DNA of 26,394 nucleotides from a virus (lineage: Duplodnaviria; Caudoviricetes): positions 1-26,394 of the IMG/VR virus record IMGVR_UViG_3300028925_005553; one strand, written 5' to 3'. Below are positions 6,112 through 14,870 of this stretch, in pieces. The position numbers were made by a program, and so were the translations under genes. Every line of letters starts with the position of its first letter. The first letter of the stretch is position 1. Below the pieces are notes generated by a model. The model saw nothing but the letters and a program-made list of their open reading frames with translations, was not told the DNA's origin and ran no database searches.

Positions 6112-7312
6112 GAAACAAATATTATCAGCATGTTTATCCAATGAGTTTTATAAAGATACTGCGGAGGTTGTATCTAAAGAAATGTTTGCCAATGGTGTGG
6201 GGACAATTTTTGACACCATCAGTTTTGCCCAACAGAAGTACGAGAGTGATTTAGATGTCAATACCCTGATACAGCTACACAGGAATAAGTATCCTGCACT
6301 GCCAGAGTCATCAAGAGAACCCATAGAAGATGTTATACGAGAGCTTGGTAAGTTCATGCCAAGTAGCAAAATCATACTAAAAGATTTAATCATTGACTTC
6401 TGGAAGAAAGATAAGGCTCACAAGATTAGTGATCTATCGGCTGACATTTGGTTAGGCAACAGTGACGACTTTACTTCATTGAGAACTTTGGTTGACACGG
6501 CTATAGATAATACACCTGAAGAGGAAGGAAACTATCAAGAAGTGAAAGATGATGTAAAGGATTATGTAGAGGGGTGGGATCAAGGGTTTGAATTTAAGTT
6601 TGAGTTACAATCTTTGGCTGACAGAATAAGCGGTGCAGGTAGAGGAAACTTAGGGATTATATTTGCTAGGCCAGAGACAGGAAAGACAACTTTCTGTACA
6701 TACTTAGTTGCAGAGTACATTAAGCAGGGATTTAAGGTGGCATACTTTGCTAACGAAGAACCCGGAAGGTTAGTCAAAGGTAGAGTATTCTCTGCGTACC
6801 TTAAACGATCCATTGATGAGATGAAAACAAACTTAGAAGACTCTATGGATGTATACAAGAAAGAGATAGAACCTAACTTTAAATTGTTAGAGGGTAGAGG
6901 CATTACTTTATTAGAGATTGAGAAATTTATTGACATTCATAAACCTGATGTGGTAATGGTGGATCAGCTAGATAAGGTGGCTATCAGTGGTAACTTTGCC
7001 AGAACGGATGAAAAGCTAAAAGCTCTGTACGAGGGGGCAAGAACAATGGCTAAGAAACAACAGGTTTTACTCTGGTCAGTATCACAAGCATCTTATGATG
7101 CACAAGGTAGACAAGAGGTAGATTTTAGTATGTTGGAAAATAGTAGGACAGGAAAGGCAGCGGAGGCTGACATTATTATAGGTATAGGAAAGAACTATGG
7201 TGAGGAAGAGGATTACATACGACATCTTTGTGTATCTAAAAATAAACTTAATGGGTGGCATGGTACAGTAACCTGCTCCATTGACATATACAGAGCGAGG
7301 TATGAATTGTGA
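6101..7312 (+). CDS. dnaB: DnaB-like (SF4) replicative helicase
   Basis: Walker A ARPETGKT, NEE, Walker B VVMVDQLD, VSQA, SRTGKAAEAD and KNKLNG. Confidence 0.92.
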   Translation: MSLEKQILSACLSNEFYKDTAEVVSKEMFANGVGTIFDTISFAQQKYESDLDVNTLIQLHRNKYPALPESSREPIEDVIRELGKFMPSSKIILKDLIIDFWKKDKAHKISDLSADIWLGNSDDFTSLRTLVDTAIDNTPEEEGNYQEVKDDVKDYVEGWDQGFEFKFELQSLADRISGAGRGNLGIIFARPETGKTTFCTYLVAEYIKQGFKVAYFANEEPGRLVKGRVFSAYLKRSIDEMKTNLEDSMDVYKKEIEPNFKLLEGRGITLLEIEKFIDIHKPDVVMVDQLDKVAISGNFARTDEKLKALYEGARTMAKKQQVLLWSVSQASYDAQGRQEVDFSMLENSRTGKAAEADIIIGIGKNYGEEEDYIRHLCVSKNKLNGWHGTVTCSIDIYRARYEL

Positions 7313-7536
7313 TATTAAAAGCCGATGGGTTTGATGGTGCAATACTAGGTTTAGGTAGAAGGTGTGGACAGCCAGATCTGTTAGTTTACGATGCTGACAA
7401 ATGTGTAGCCATACTTATGAAAGACGGAATGACAGACGAAGAAGCTATGGAGTATTTTGAATTTAATGTGGTAGGATCATGGATGGGTGAAGGAACACCT
7501 ATCTTTCTGTACAGAGGATTGGAGGATGAAGAATGA
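7309..7536 (+). CDS. Conserved hypothetical phage protein (75 aa)
   Basis: GTGA overlap start. ADGFD.AI.G...VYD..K....L...GM..EEA.EYFEFNV.G.WMGE.TPIF resembles a widespread small aquatic-phage family. Confidence 0.85.
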   Translation: MILKADGFDGAILGLGRRCGQPDLLVYDADKCVAILMKDGMTDEEAMEYFEFNVVGSWMGEGTPIFLYRGLEDEE

Positions 7537-9632
7537 TAACCGTTCTTGACATAGAAACAACATATAAAAAAGATGATGCAGGTAAGCTAGACCTTGATCC
7601 TTATACAGGAAACATGTTAGTGTCTGTGGGGTACAGTGCTGTAGGTTCTGATATAATAGCTCCCTTTACAGAGAAAAAGATTTATCGCCCTGACAGTGAG
7701 GGGTATCTCTGCTTCACTCACACAGAAAAAGAACCGACAGAGAATGGCTTTGCTATACTGCAAAAAGTTCTGGATAATACAGAAGTTTTAGTGGGGCATA
7801 ACATCAAGTTTGACCTCAAGTGGCTCCTTGCTTGTAACTTTACCTATACAGGGAAACTATACGACACGATGATAGCTGAGTATGTTATACACGGTGGGGA
7901 TAAAGTTGCTCTGTCTTTGTCTGAGTCAGCTAAGAGATATGATTTAGATGAGAAACGTACCGACTTAACTGCACAGTACATGAAAGATGGTGTATCTTTT
8001 GACTACATTCCTTGGGATATTGTAGAGGAGTATGGCAGGGCTGATGTGGAAGTTACAAAACAATTGTACACTGCACAGCAACAGGCAGTAAAAGATGGCC
8101 TTGCACCTACTGTAAGTTTAATGAATGAGATGTGTCAGGTTCTTACCGAGATGGAAAACACCGGTATGAAAGTCAGTGTGAAAGCACTCACAGATATTAG
8201 AGAACAATATGGTAATGAATACAATGAGTTACATGAGTTTCTTGAGAGAGAAGTTAAACGTACAATGGGAGATACTCCTGTAAATTTAGACAGCCCAGAG
8301 GATAGGTCTAAAGTCTTGTACAGCAGAGGTGTAACAGATAAAAAATATTGGGCGAGTACATTCAATTTAGGCTATGAGCAATACGGCAGTACAAAGAGAA
8401 AGAAAAGACTGCGTAAACATAGCAAAGATGATTTTATTAAAAAGGTAAGAACTTATACAAAGGTACTACCCCACACCGAGTCCCACCAATGTGGTTCTTG
8501 TAGAGGGAGAGGATACTTCAACCCCCTTAAAAAAGATGGCACGGTGGGTAAAGCTAAAAGAATTTGTAAGACTTGCAATGCTGATGGTGTAGTGTTTAAA
8601 TCTACAGGACAGGTGGGTGGATTCAAACTTGTACCTAGAGATGCTTATGATGTTAGTACACATGGATTTAAAACAGACCGACCAACTTTAGAGAGCCTAG
8701 CTATGTCTGCTAACGATGAGCAAAAGAAATTTATCAGTGCCTATATAAAGTACAATGCCATAGGTACTTATCTGAGAACATTTGTGGATGGTATAGAGAG
8801 GGGCTTAGATAGTAAAGGATTTATACACCCACACTATATGCAATGTGTTACGGCTACAGGAAGACTATCATCTCGTAATCCAAACTTTCAGAACATGCCA
8901 AGAGGTACAACCTTTCCTGTAAGGGCTTGTGTAATATCTCGTTGGGAAGGTGGAAAGATATTGGAGGGAGATTACAGTCAGTTAGAATTTAGAGTGGCAG
9001 GGTTTCTTGCACAGGACAAACAGGTATATGCTGATGTGCGAAAAGGTTTTGATGTGCATACCTTTTCTGCTGAGGCTTTAGGAGTTTCTAGGCAAGAAGC
9101 AAAAGCACATACATTTAAACCATTATACGGAGGTACTTATGGAACCGAAAAAGAGGTTGCGTACTACGATCTTTTCAAGGCCAGATATCCAGATGTTGCT
9201 AAGTGGCACGTCTCTTTACAAGACGAAGCAATTAAGACAAAAAAGATCACCCTTCCTTCTGGTAGGATTTATCATTTTCCTCACGTTCGTAGGAACTTTT
9301 ACGGTGGTTCTACACATGCTACCGCCATAAAGAATTATCCTGTACAGGGATTTGCTACTGCAGACTTGCTCCCGCTTGCTCTTATAAACTTACGAAAAGT
9401 TTTGTTTGACAACGACATGCAGTCTGTAGTATGTAATACAGTACATGATTCAATTGTCCTTGATGTCTTTCCACAAGAGGAAAGTAAGGCGATTGAAATT
9501 TTAGCGGAGTCTATGTTGAGTATAAAATCTGAAGCTAAGAAACGATACAATGTTGACTATGACATGCCTGTTGGTATTGAATTGAAAATTGGTAAAGATT
9601 GGCTTGATATGGATGAAGTTTTAACAATCTAA
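7533..9632 (+). CDS. polA: DNA polymerase family A with a 3'-5' exonuclease and a DnaJ-type Zn-finger insert
   Basis: Exo I DIET, Exo II GHNIKFD, Exo III YGRAD, TATGRLSS.NPNFQN, motif A DYSQLEFR, motif B RQEAKAHTFKPLYG, motif C VHDS. Insert CGSCRGRG...CKTCNADG. Confidence 0.97.
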   Translation: MITVLDIETTYKKDDAGKLDLDPYTGNMLVSVGYSAVGSDIIAPFTEKKIYRPDSEGYLCFTHTEKEPTENGFAILQKVLDNTEVLVGHNIKFDLKWLLACNFTYTGKLYDTMIAEYVIHGGDKVALSLSESAKRYDLDEKRTDLTAQYMKDGVSFDYIPWDIVEEYGRADVEVTKQLYTAQQQAVKDGLAPTVSLMNEMCQVLTEMENTGMKVSVKALTDIREQYGNEYNELHEFLEREVKRTMGDTPVNLDSPEDRSKVLYSRGVTDKKYWASTFNLGYEQYGSTKRKKRLRKHSKDDFIKKVRTYTKVLPHTESHQCGSCRGRGYFNPLKKDGTVGKAKRICKTCNADGVVFKSTGQVGGFKLVPRDAYDVSTHGFKTDRPTLESLAMSANDEQKKFISAYIKYNAIGTYLRTFVDGIERGLDSKGFIHPHYMQCVTATGRLSSRNPNFQNMPRGTTFPVRACVISRWEGGKILEGDYSQLEFRVAGFLAQDKQVYADVRKGFDVHTFSAEALGVSRQEAKAHTFKPLYGGTYGTEKEVAYYDLFKARYPDVAKWHVSLQDEAIKTKKITLPSGRIYHFPHVRRNFYGGSTHATAIKNYPVQGFATADLLPLALINLRKVLFDNDMQSVVCNTVHDSIVLDVFPQEESKAIEILAESMLSIKSEAKKRYNVDYDMPVGIELKIGKDWLDMDEVLTI

Positions 9633-9650
9633 ACTAAAGGAGAAATTATA

Positions 9651-10505
9651 ATGTCAAACGATGTTGTAACGAATAAAGCAAATGTAGCACCTTCACTGAA
9701 AGATATGTCAGTGGCAGAACTTGCTACACTCACCGGTCAAGAAGTAAGTAACAACGAAGGCCAGAGTCTTCCTCGCCTAGCCATAAACCATGCAGAAGAG
9801 GACAACGATGGTAAAACTATTCCACGAGGACAGTTTTCTTTAAAACTCCCGGATGGGGTAACTGCCTATGCAAAAGAAGCCCACCTAAGAATATTCTACA
9901 GGCTATTTACTTATAGTAGGTGGGATGTAGAGCAGGGTTCTTTTGGTTGCCAAACTATACAGACTACAAGTCTTGGTGCTGACTTCTACGATACAGAAGG
10001 TAATATGCGTTGTGGCAGACTCACTAAAGATGAAGCATCTGGCCTTGCTAAGGATAGTCCAGAGATGAATTTACACAAGAGTGTGAAGTGTAACCAGATC
10101 CTGTACAACACAGTACAGCTAGTTGATCCTGTAGATGCTGATGGTCATAAGGTAGTGATGCCTGATGAAGTTCCATCTGTTTGGTACATCCGTGGTTCCA
10201 GTTTCATACCTGTAAGTGATCACATTAAAATGATTGCTAGACAGAAACAAATCATGTGTACTGTTGTGAACAAAGCAACTACAGCTAGAAGAAAAATGGC
10301 TGGCAACTCTTACTATGTTCCTGTAATGGCTACACTTAAAACTGTAGAAATAAAGGATACAGACCAAGAGCTAATGACTAAGTTCTTTGAAACTAAAGAA
10401 GCCATCAACAATAAAGTGATGGGACAGTGGAGAGAAGCTAAAGAAAAGAATGCTAAACTTGGAGACTTAAATGACTTCGGTGACGTTCTTTCTGCTACAG
10501 GATAG
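9651..10505 (+). CDS. Probable single-stranded DNA-binding protein (284 aa)
   Basis: Position between the polymerase and exonuclease, a strong AAAGGAG SD, the LPRLAIN motif, a beta-rich core and a mildly acidic tail. Function is inferred from synteny only. Confidence 0.55.
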   Translation: MSNDVVTNKANVAPSLKDMSVAELATLTGQEVSNNEGQSLPRLAINHAEEDNDGKTIPRGQFSLKLPDGVTAYAKEAHLRIFYRLFTYSRWDVEQGSFGCQTIQTTSLGADFYDTEGNMRCGRLTKDEASGLAKDSPEMNLHKSVKCNQILYNTVQLVDPVDADGHKVVMPDEVPSVWYIRGSSFIPVSDHIKMIARQKQIMCTVVNKATTARRKMAGNSYYVPVMATLKTVEIKDTDQELMTKFFETKEAINNKVMGQWREAKEKNAKLGDLNDFGDVLSATG

Positions 10506-10508
10506 GTT

Positions 10509-11414
10509 ATGTTTAGCCCTATCTTAATGAAAGTACAGGGATTACTAGATCGTGCCACTAAAGAAGGCATTGATCTAGACCCCCAACTTTTAGAAAACTT
10601 TAAAAATGACTGTGGGAATGCCCTAGTTAAGCAATTGTCTCGTGGCAAAAGCGATTACTCTTTACGTATGAGTGGCTTGGGCAGACCTATGTGTCAACAG
10701 TGGCATGATAAAAATGGATCTCCTAAAGAGGTGCAGTATAATTCCATCATGCGTTTTTTATTTGGAGATATAATAGAGGCTATCTCTATGGTAGTTTTAA
10801 AATCTGCTGGAGTAAATATAGAATCCGAACAAGAGAGAGTTAAATTAGATTTAGATGTGTGTGAACTTAATGGTACACTAGATGTTGTCATAGATGGCAA
10901 AGTGTGGGATATAAAATCAGCATCCCCCTATGCTTTTTCTAAGAAGTTTGGTGGAGAGTTCGGTGGGTACAATAAAGTAAAAGAAGATGACACCTTTGGA
11001 TATATCATGCAAGCACACCTGTACAGCAAAGCAAAGAACATGCCTTTTGGTGGGTGGATTGTTGTAGATAAAGCTTCGGGTGAGTGGGCTGTTTGTGAAG
11101 CACCAGACCAACAAGAAGAAGACTGTGCAGAGCAGATAGCAAAAGCTAAAAAGACTGCTAAAATAATGTTGGCAGATAAACCGTTGAAGAAAGAATTTAA
11201 AGATAAAGAAGAAACTTTCCGTGTACAAAGCGGGCCAAGGAAAGGTGAGATAGTTGCTACAGGAAACAGAGTAATGCACTCCGTGTGTGGTTTCTGTGAT
11301 TATAGAGCCCAGTGTTGGCCTGACTCACAGTTGCACAAGAAAGTAGGAACACAAGCAACCCAACGACCATTTGTTTGGTATACAAAATTAAAGAAAAGAG
11401 AGATTGTGTTGTGA
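10509..11414 (+). CDS. Cas4-like PD-(D/E)XK exonuclease
   Basis: LRMSGLGRPMCQQW, GTLD...WDIKSAS, Y..Q..LY and a C-terminal CGFCDYRAQCW (Fe-S-type cysteines). Confidence 0.88.
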   Translation: MFSPILMKVQGLLDRATKEGIDLDPQLLENFKNDCGNALVKQLSRGKSDYSLRMSGLGRPMCQQWHDKNGSPKEVQYNSIMRFLFGDIIEAISMVVLKSAGVNIESEQERVKLDLDVCELNGTLDVVIDGKVWDIKSASPYAFSKKFGGEFGGYNKVKEDDTFGYIMQAHLYSKAKNMPFGGWIVVDKASGEWAVCEAPDQQEEDCAEQIAKAKKTAKIMLADKPLKKEFKDKEETFRVQSGPRKGEIVATGNRVMHSVCGFCDYRAQCWPDSQLHKKVGTQATQRPFVWYTKLKKREIVL

Positions 11415-11803
11415 TATACTTGTCTACAGAAATAACCATAGGAGATAGTTATGTAAATGAAAGTGTATACTTTGCCTACCAAGAATGTGATAAACTTTTT
11501 GGTGGGGATAGTATCATAAAAGAATTACGTAATAGACCTAATGGTATACCCATAAGAATGTCGCAGACATTTGACCTAGACGAGCCTTGGGGTGATGACA
11601 GGCTTGAAGAACATATGGAGAAAATAGATTATGATTTAGATATATTAGCTATAAAAGCAAAGAAACGAGATAGTTTAGTAGTTTTACACTGGACAGGAAT
11701 AGAAGAACACCGTAGCATTCTAAAACAGAGTGCACCTAAAACTTTTACGTATTTTAATGATAAGTTTGAGGAAATAATATTTAAAAACTTGCCGAGGGTA
11801 TAA
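11411..11803 (+). CDS. Hypothetical protein, possibly a degenerate macro-domain-like fold (130 aa)
   Basis: GTGA overlap start at 11411. R..PNGIPI, IDYDL, VV....GI and L...APK.F.Y resemble a phage macro-like family. Confidence 0.6.
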   Translation: MIYLSTEITIGDSYVNESVYFAYQECDKLFGGDSIIKELRNRPNGIPIRMSQTFDLDEPWGDDRLEEHMEKIDYDLDILAIKAKKRDSLVVLHWTGIEEHRSILKQSAPKTFTYFNDKFEEIIFKNLPRV

Positions 11804-12174
11804 TGGTACTAAGACATCACGGCTACCGATCAGACTTTGAGTTGTCTATCGCTGTAGCTTTCAATAGAAATAATATAAAATTTAAATATGAATCGGAGAA
11901 AATAGATTATGTTAGGCATTCTACTTATAATCCTGACTTTACTATAGATGGTAAAGATTTCCTTATAGAGGCAAAGGGTCTTTTCTCTACAGCAGACAGA
12001 GGTAAACACCTGTTGATTAAGAAACAACACCCAGAAATTGATTTAAGATTTTTGTTTATGAGAGCAAGTAATAAACTTTATAAGGGTTCTAAAACTACAT
12101 ATGCTGGGTGGTGTGAACGGTACGGTTTTAAATGGTGCGAAGGATTTTTACCACAAGAGTGGTTGGATGAATAG
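11803..12174 (+). CDS. Endonuclease I (T7 gp3-like Holliday junction resolvase)
   Basis: YRSDFE, YE...I.Y, YNPDF, IEAKG.F...DR.KHLLIK.QHP..D.RF.F, SKTTYA.WCE..GF.W and P.EW. Confidence 0.93.
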   Translation: MVLRHHGYRSDFELSIAVAFNRNNIKFKYESEKIDYVRHSTYNPDFTIDGKDFLIEAKGLFSTADRGKHLLIKKQHPEIDLRFLFMRASNKLYKGSKTTYAGWCERYGFKWCEGFLPQEWLDE

Positions 12175-12517
12175 GGAAGATTTAAAAGGTTACAGAGATA
12201 GACTTCCCTCGGGCATGTATGTTATACTGCTTAAACCTGATGGGGAGGATGGGGTTAGCCTTGCTGTAATAGACACACACAATGTTGGCGATAATCATGT
12301 AGATCTATCTTATATTCTTTCTAGGGGTGTGTTGTCTCTATTGGCCAATGATATGGATATGATAAAGGAAAGAGGGCAAAGTGTTATATTGGAGGAAATG
12401 AGAGACGAAACTAAACTTCCTATAATTGATAGTCTTATGGACAGGACAGAACCTACCGCACGTATACAAAAAGATAATATTGTGTCTATATTTGGAGATG
12501 ATGATGATCAGCAGTAG
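12167..12517 (+). CDS. Hypothetical protein (116 aa)
   Basis: Start re-assigned to ATG 12167, overlapping the endonuclease stop. Ends in a DNIVSIF motif. Confidence 0.7.
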   Translation: MNREDLKGYRDRLPSGMYVILLKPDGEDGVSLAVIDTHNVGDNHVDLSYILSRGVLSLLANDMDMIKERGQSVILEEMRDETKLPIIDSLMDRTEPTARIQKDNIVSIFGDDDDQQ

Positions 12518-12785
12518 TTCAAAAAGAAAGAAAAAAGAATTTAATAGCCACAGTGATATGATTAAGCAATCTGTAAAAGGAAAAGATAGGCAGGTAGGTG
12601 GTGACCATTATATAGATTTTAAAATTATGCCCATTGAATACATTTCAAAAAATAAACTTGACTTCCTTGAGGGAAATATTGTAAAGTATATATCTCGTCA
12701 TAGAAAAAAGAACGGGGCAGAGGACATAAGAAAAGTCATACATTATGCAGAATTAATATTAGAATTAGAATATGGAGAAGATTAG
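12504..12785 (+). CDS. DUF3310 (SaV-like / T7 gp1.7-related putative nucleotide kinase) protein
   Basis: QVGGDHY, PIEYI, F.EGNIVKY.SR...KNG.ED..K..HY. GGAG SD at 12494-12497. The exact ATG (12498, 12501 or 12504) is uncertain. Confidence 0.88.
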   Translation: MISSSSKRKKKEFNSHSDMIKQSVKGKDRQVGGDHYIDFKIMPIEYISKNKLDFLEGNIVKYISRHRKKNGAEDIRKVIHYAELILELEYGED

Positions 12786-14717
12786 ATGGCATCATTACTT
12801 GGAGGAAATTATTTACCAACAGAATATCAGTCGTTTATACATATGTCTAGATATTCTCGGTGGTTAGAAAAAGAAGGCAGAAGAGAAGGTTGGAGTGAGA
12901 CAGTAAATAGGCTTGTTTCATTCTTTCGTCAAAAGGTAGAAGGAGTTGATGAAAAATCTTGGGAGGATGTAGAAGAAGCTATACTATCTCTTCAAGTCAT
13001 GCCTAGTATGAGAGCACTTATGACTGCTGGTAAAGCTTTAGAGAGAGAGAATATTGCTGGCTATAACTGTTCGTATATACCGATAGATAGTCCAAGAGCT
13101 TTTGATGAAGTTTTGTACATCCTTATGAATGGCACTGGAGTAGGGTTCTCTGTAGAGAGACAGTACGTTGATAAGTTGCCTACTGTGCCTGATGTAGAGT
13201 TTGAACATACAGAGGATGTGATATCCGTTGTGGATTCTAAAGAAGGTTGGTCTAAAGCTTTTAGAGATTTGGTATCCTACCTTTACACAGGGAGAGTACC
13301 TAAAATTAATGTGTCTAAGGTTAGGCCGGCTGGTGCAAGACTTAAAACATTTGGTGGTAGGGCCAGTGGGCCCCAACCCCTTATAAATCTCTTTGACTTT
13401 ACTATTCTTAAATTTAAAGATGCAAGAGGGAGAAAGCTTTCCTCTATGGAATGTCATGATATTGTCTGTAAGACTGGAGATGTTGTAGTAGTTGGTGGTG
13501 TACGTAGGTCAGCCCTTATATCTCTATCTAATCTATCCGACCAACGGATACGTACAGCTAAAACAGGAGATTGGTGGACTACTAATCCAGAGAGAACAAT
13601 GGCTAATAACTCTGTTGCTTATACAGAGAAGCCTGATGCCGGTATGTTTATGAAAGAGTGGCTGTCCCTCTACGAAAGTAAATCTGGTGAGAGGGGTATC
13701 TTTAATAGGACATCTGCTCAAAAGAAAGCTGCTGAGAATGGTAGACGAGATGCTAACTGGGAGTTTGGTACTAATCCTTGTAGTGAAATAATACTACGAC
13801 CTAATCAGTTCTGTAACTTAACAGAAGTGGTAGTACGTTCTGGGGATACAATGGCCTCCCTTACAAGAAAGGTACAGATTGCAACCTTGCTAGGTACAAT
13901 ACAATCTACTCTTACTGACTTTACTTACTTACGAAAGAGATGGCAGAATAATACAGAGGAAGAGAGATTACTTGGTGTATCTCTTACTGGTATTATGGAT
14001 AGTACTTTGATGAATGGTAAAGAGGGTGGGTTAGAAAAAAGATTAGAAACTTTAAGGGGTGTTGCTGTAGAGGCCAATAGTTATTGGGCACTCAAGTTTG
14101 GTATAAACCAAAGTACAGCCATTACTTGTGTTAAGCCTTCTGGTACGGTTAGTCAGTTAGTAGATAGTGCTAGTGGTATACATGCAAGACACAACCCTTA
14201 TTACATACGAACAGTACGAGGAGATAACAAAGACCCCCTCACTGAATTTTTGATTAACTCTGGCATACCTAATGAGCCAGAAATTAAAGCTAACGAAGAA
14301 TCTAAAGATATAACCGTGTTCTCCTTTCCGATGAAAGCACCCATAGGTTCTGTTTGTAGAAACGATATGTCTGCAATAGAACAGCTTGAGTTATGGAAGA
14401 TTTATGCAAAGCACTGGTGTGAGCATAAGCCTTCTGTTACCATTTCGGTAAAGGAAAATGAATGGGTGCCTGTTGGTGCGTGGTGTTGGGAAAATTTTGA
14501 ACATCTAAGTGGTGTCTCCTTTCTCCCCTTTTCCGACCACACGTACATACAGGCTCCCTATCAAGATATAACTGAGAAAGAATATAAGAAACTTGTAAAA
14601 AAAATGCCCGCAACTTTAGATTGGAAAAAGTTACAGGACTTTGAAAAGGAAGATAATACGAAGGGATCACAGGAATTAGCCTGTACTGCCGGAGTGTGTG
14701 AGTTGGTGGATATATAG
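12786..14717 (+). CDS. nrdJ: Class II (adenosylcobalamin-dependent) ribonucleotide reductase, monomeric RTPR-like
   Basis: MPSMRAL, YNCSY, GTGVGFS, VGGVRRSA, catalytic TNPCSEI, FCNL.E, TCVKPSGTVS and a C-terminal CTAGVC. No beta-subunit gene nearby. Confidence 0.95.
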   Translation: MASLLGGNYLPTEYQSFIHMSRYSRWLEKEGRREGWSETVNRLVSFFRQKVEGVDEKSWEDVEEAILSLQVMPSMRALMTAGKALERENIAGYNCSYIPIDSPRAFDEVLYILMNGTGVGFSVERQYVDKLPTVPDVEFEHTEDVISVVDSKEGWSKAFRDLVSYLYTGRVPKINVSKVRPAGARLKTFGGRASGPQPLINLFDFTILKFKDARGRKLSSMECHDIVCKTGDVVVVGGVRRSALISLSNLSDQRIRTAKTGDWWTTNPERTMANNSVAYTEKPDAGMFMKEWLSLYESKSGERGIFNRTSAQKKAAENGRRDANWEFGTNPCSEIILRPNQFCNLTEVVVRSGDTMASLTRKVQIATLLGTIQSTLTDFTYLRKRWQNNTEEERLLGVSLTGIMDSTLMNGKEGGLEKRLETLRGVAVEANSYWALKFGINQSTAITCVKPSGTVSQLVDSASGIHARHNPYYIRTVRGDNKDPLTEFLINSGIPNEPEIKANEESKDITVFSFPMKAPIGSVCRNDMSAIEQLELWKIYAKHWCEHKPSVTISVKENEWVPVGAWCWENFEHLSGVSFLPFSDHTYIQAPYQDITEKEYKKLVKKMPATLDWKKLQDFEKEDNTKGSQELACTAGVCELVDI

Positions 14718-14869
14718 TGAAGTGTGCTAAACCTATAATAGCTACGGAGGATGCCGGGTTAATTAGGAAAGTTATAGCTTACTACATCAAGTATGCATCA
14801 CCCCCGAATAAAGAAGTAGAAGAAAAACTTCTAAATCTATTTCACAGACTAGGAAGATTGGAAAAATAA
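14717..14869 (+). CDS. Small hypothetical protein (50 aa, MKCAKPIIATEDAGLIRKV...LLNLFHRLGRLEK), absent from the ORF track
   Basis: The GTG overlaps the nrdJ stop and the TAA ends 1 nt before the next ATG, so it fills the gap exactly. Confidence 0.75.
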   Translation: MKCAKPIIATEDAGLIRKVIAYYIKYASPPNKEVEEKLLNLFHRLGRLEK

Positions 14870-14870
14870 G

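Noticed and set aside
5329-7312. Split primase/helicase as a frameshifted T7 gp4-like pseudogene
   Set aside because: The helicase has its own GGGAG SD and ATG and both ORFs are intact. Separate genes are normal in this phage group.
10509-11414. Cas4-like gene as evidence of a CRISPR system
   Set aside because: No repeat-spacer array or other cas genes are present, and solo Cas4-like nucleases are routine in phage replication modules.
5629-14670. Minus-strand ORFs inside the replication operon, and the plus-strand out-of-frame ORF 9139-9330
   Set aside because: They lie within clearly identified conserved genes and are typical shadow ORFs.
7533-14717. Intein or intron in polA or nrdJ
   Set aside because: Both ORFs are continuous and of ordinary length, with no intein splice-junction or homing-endonuclease motifs seen.
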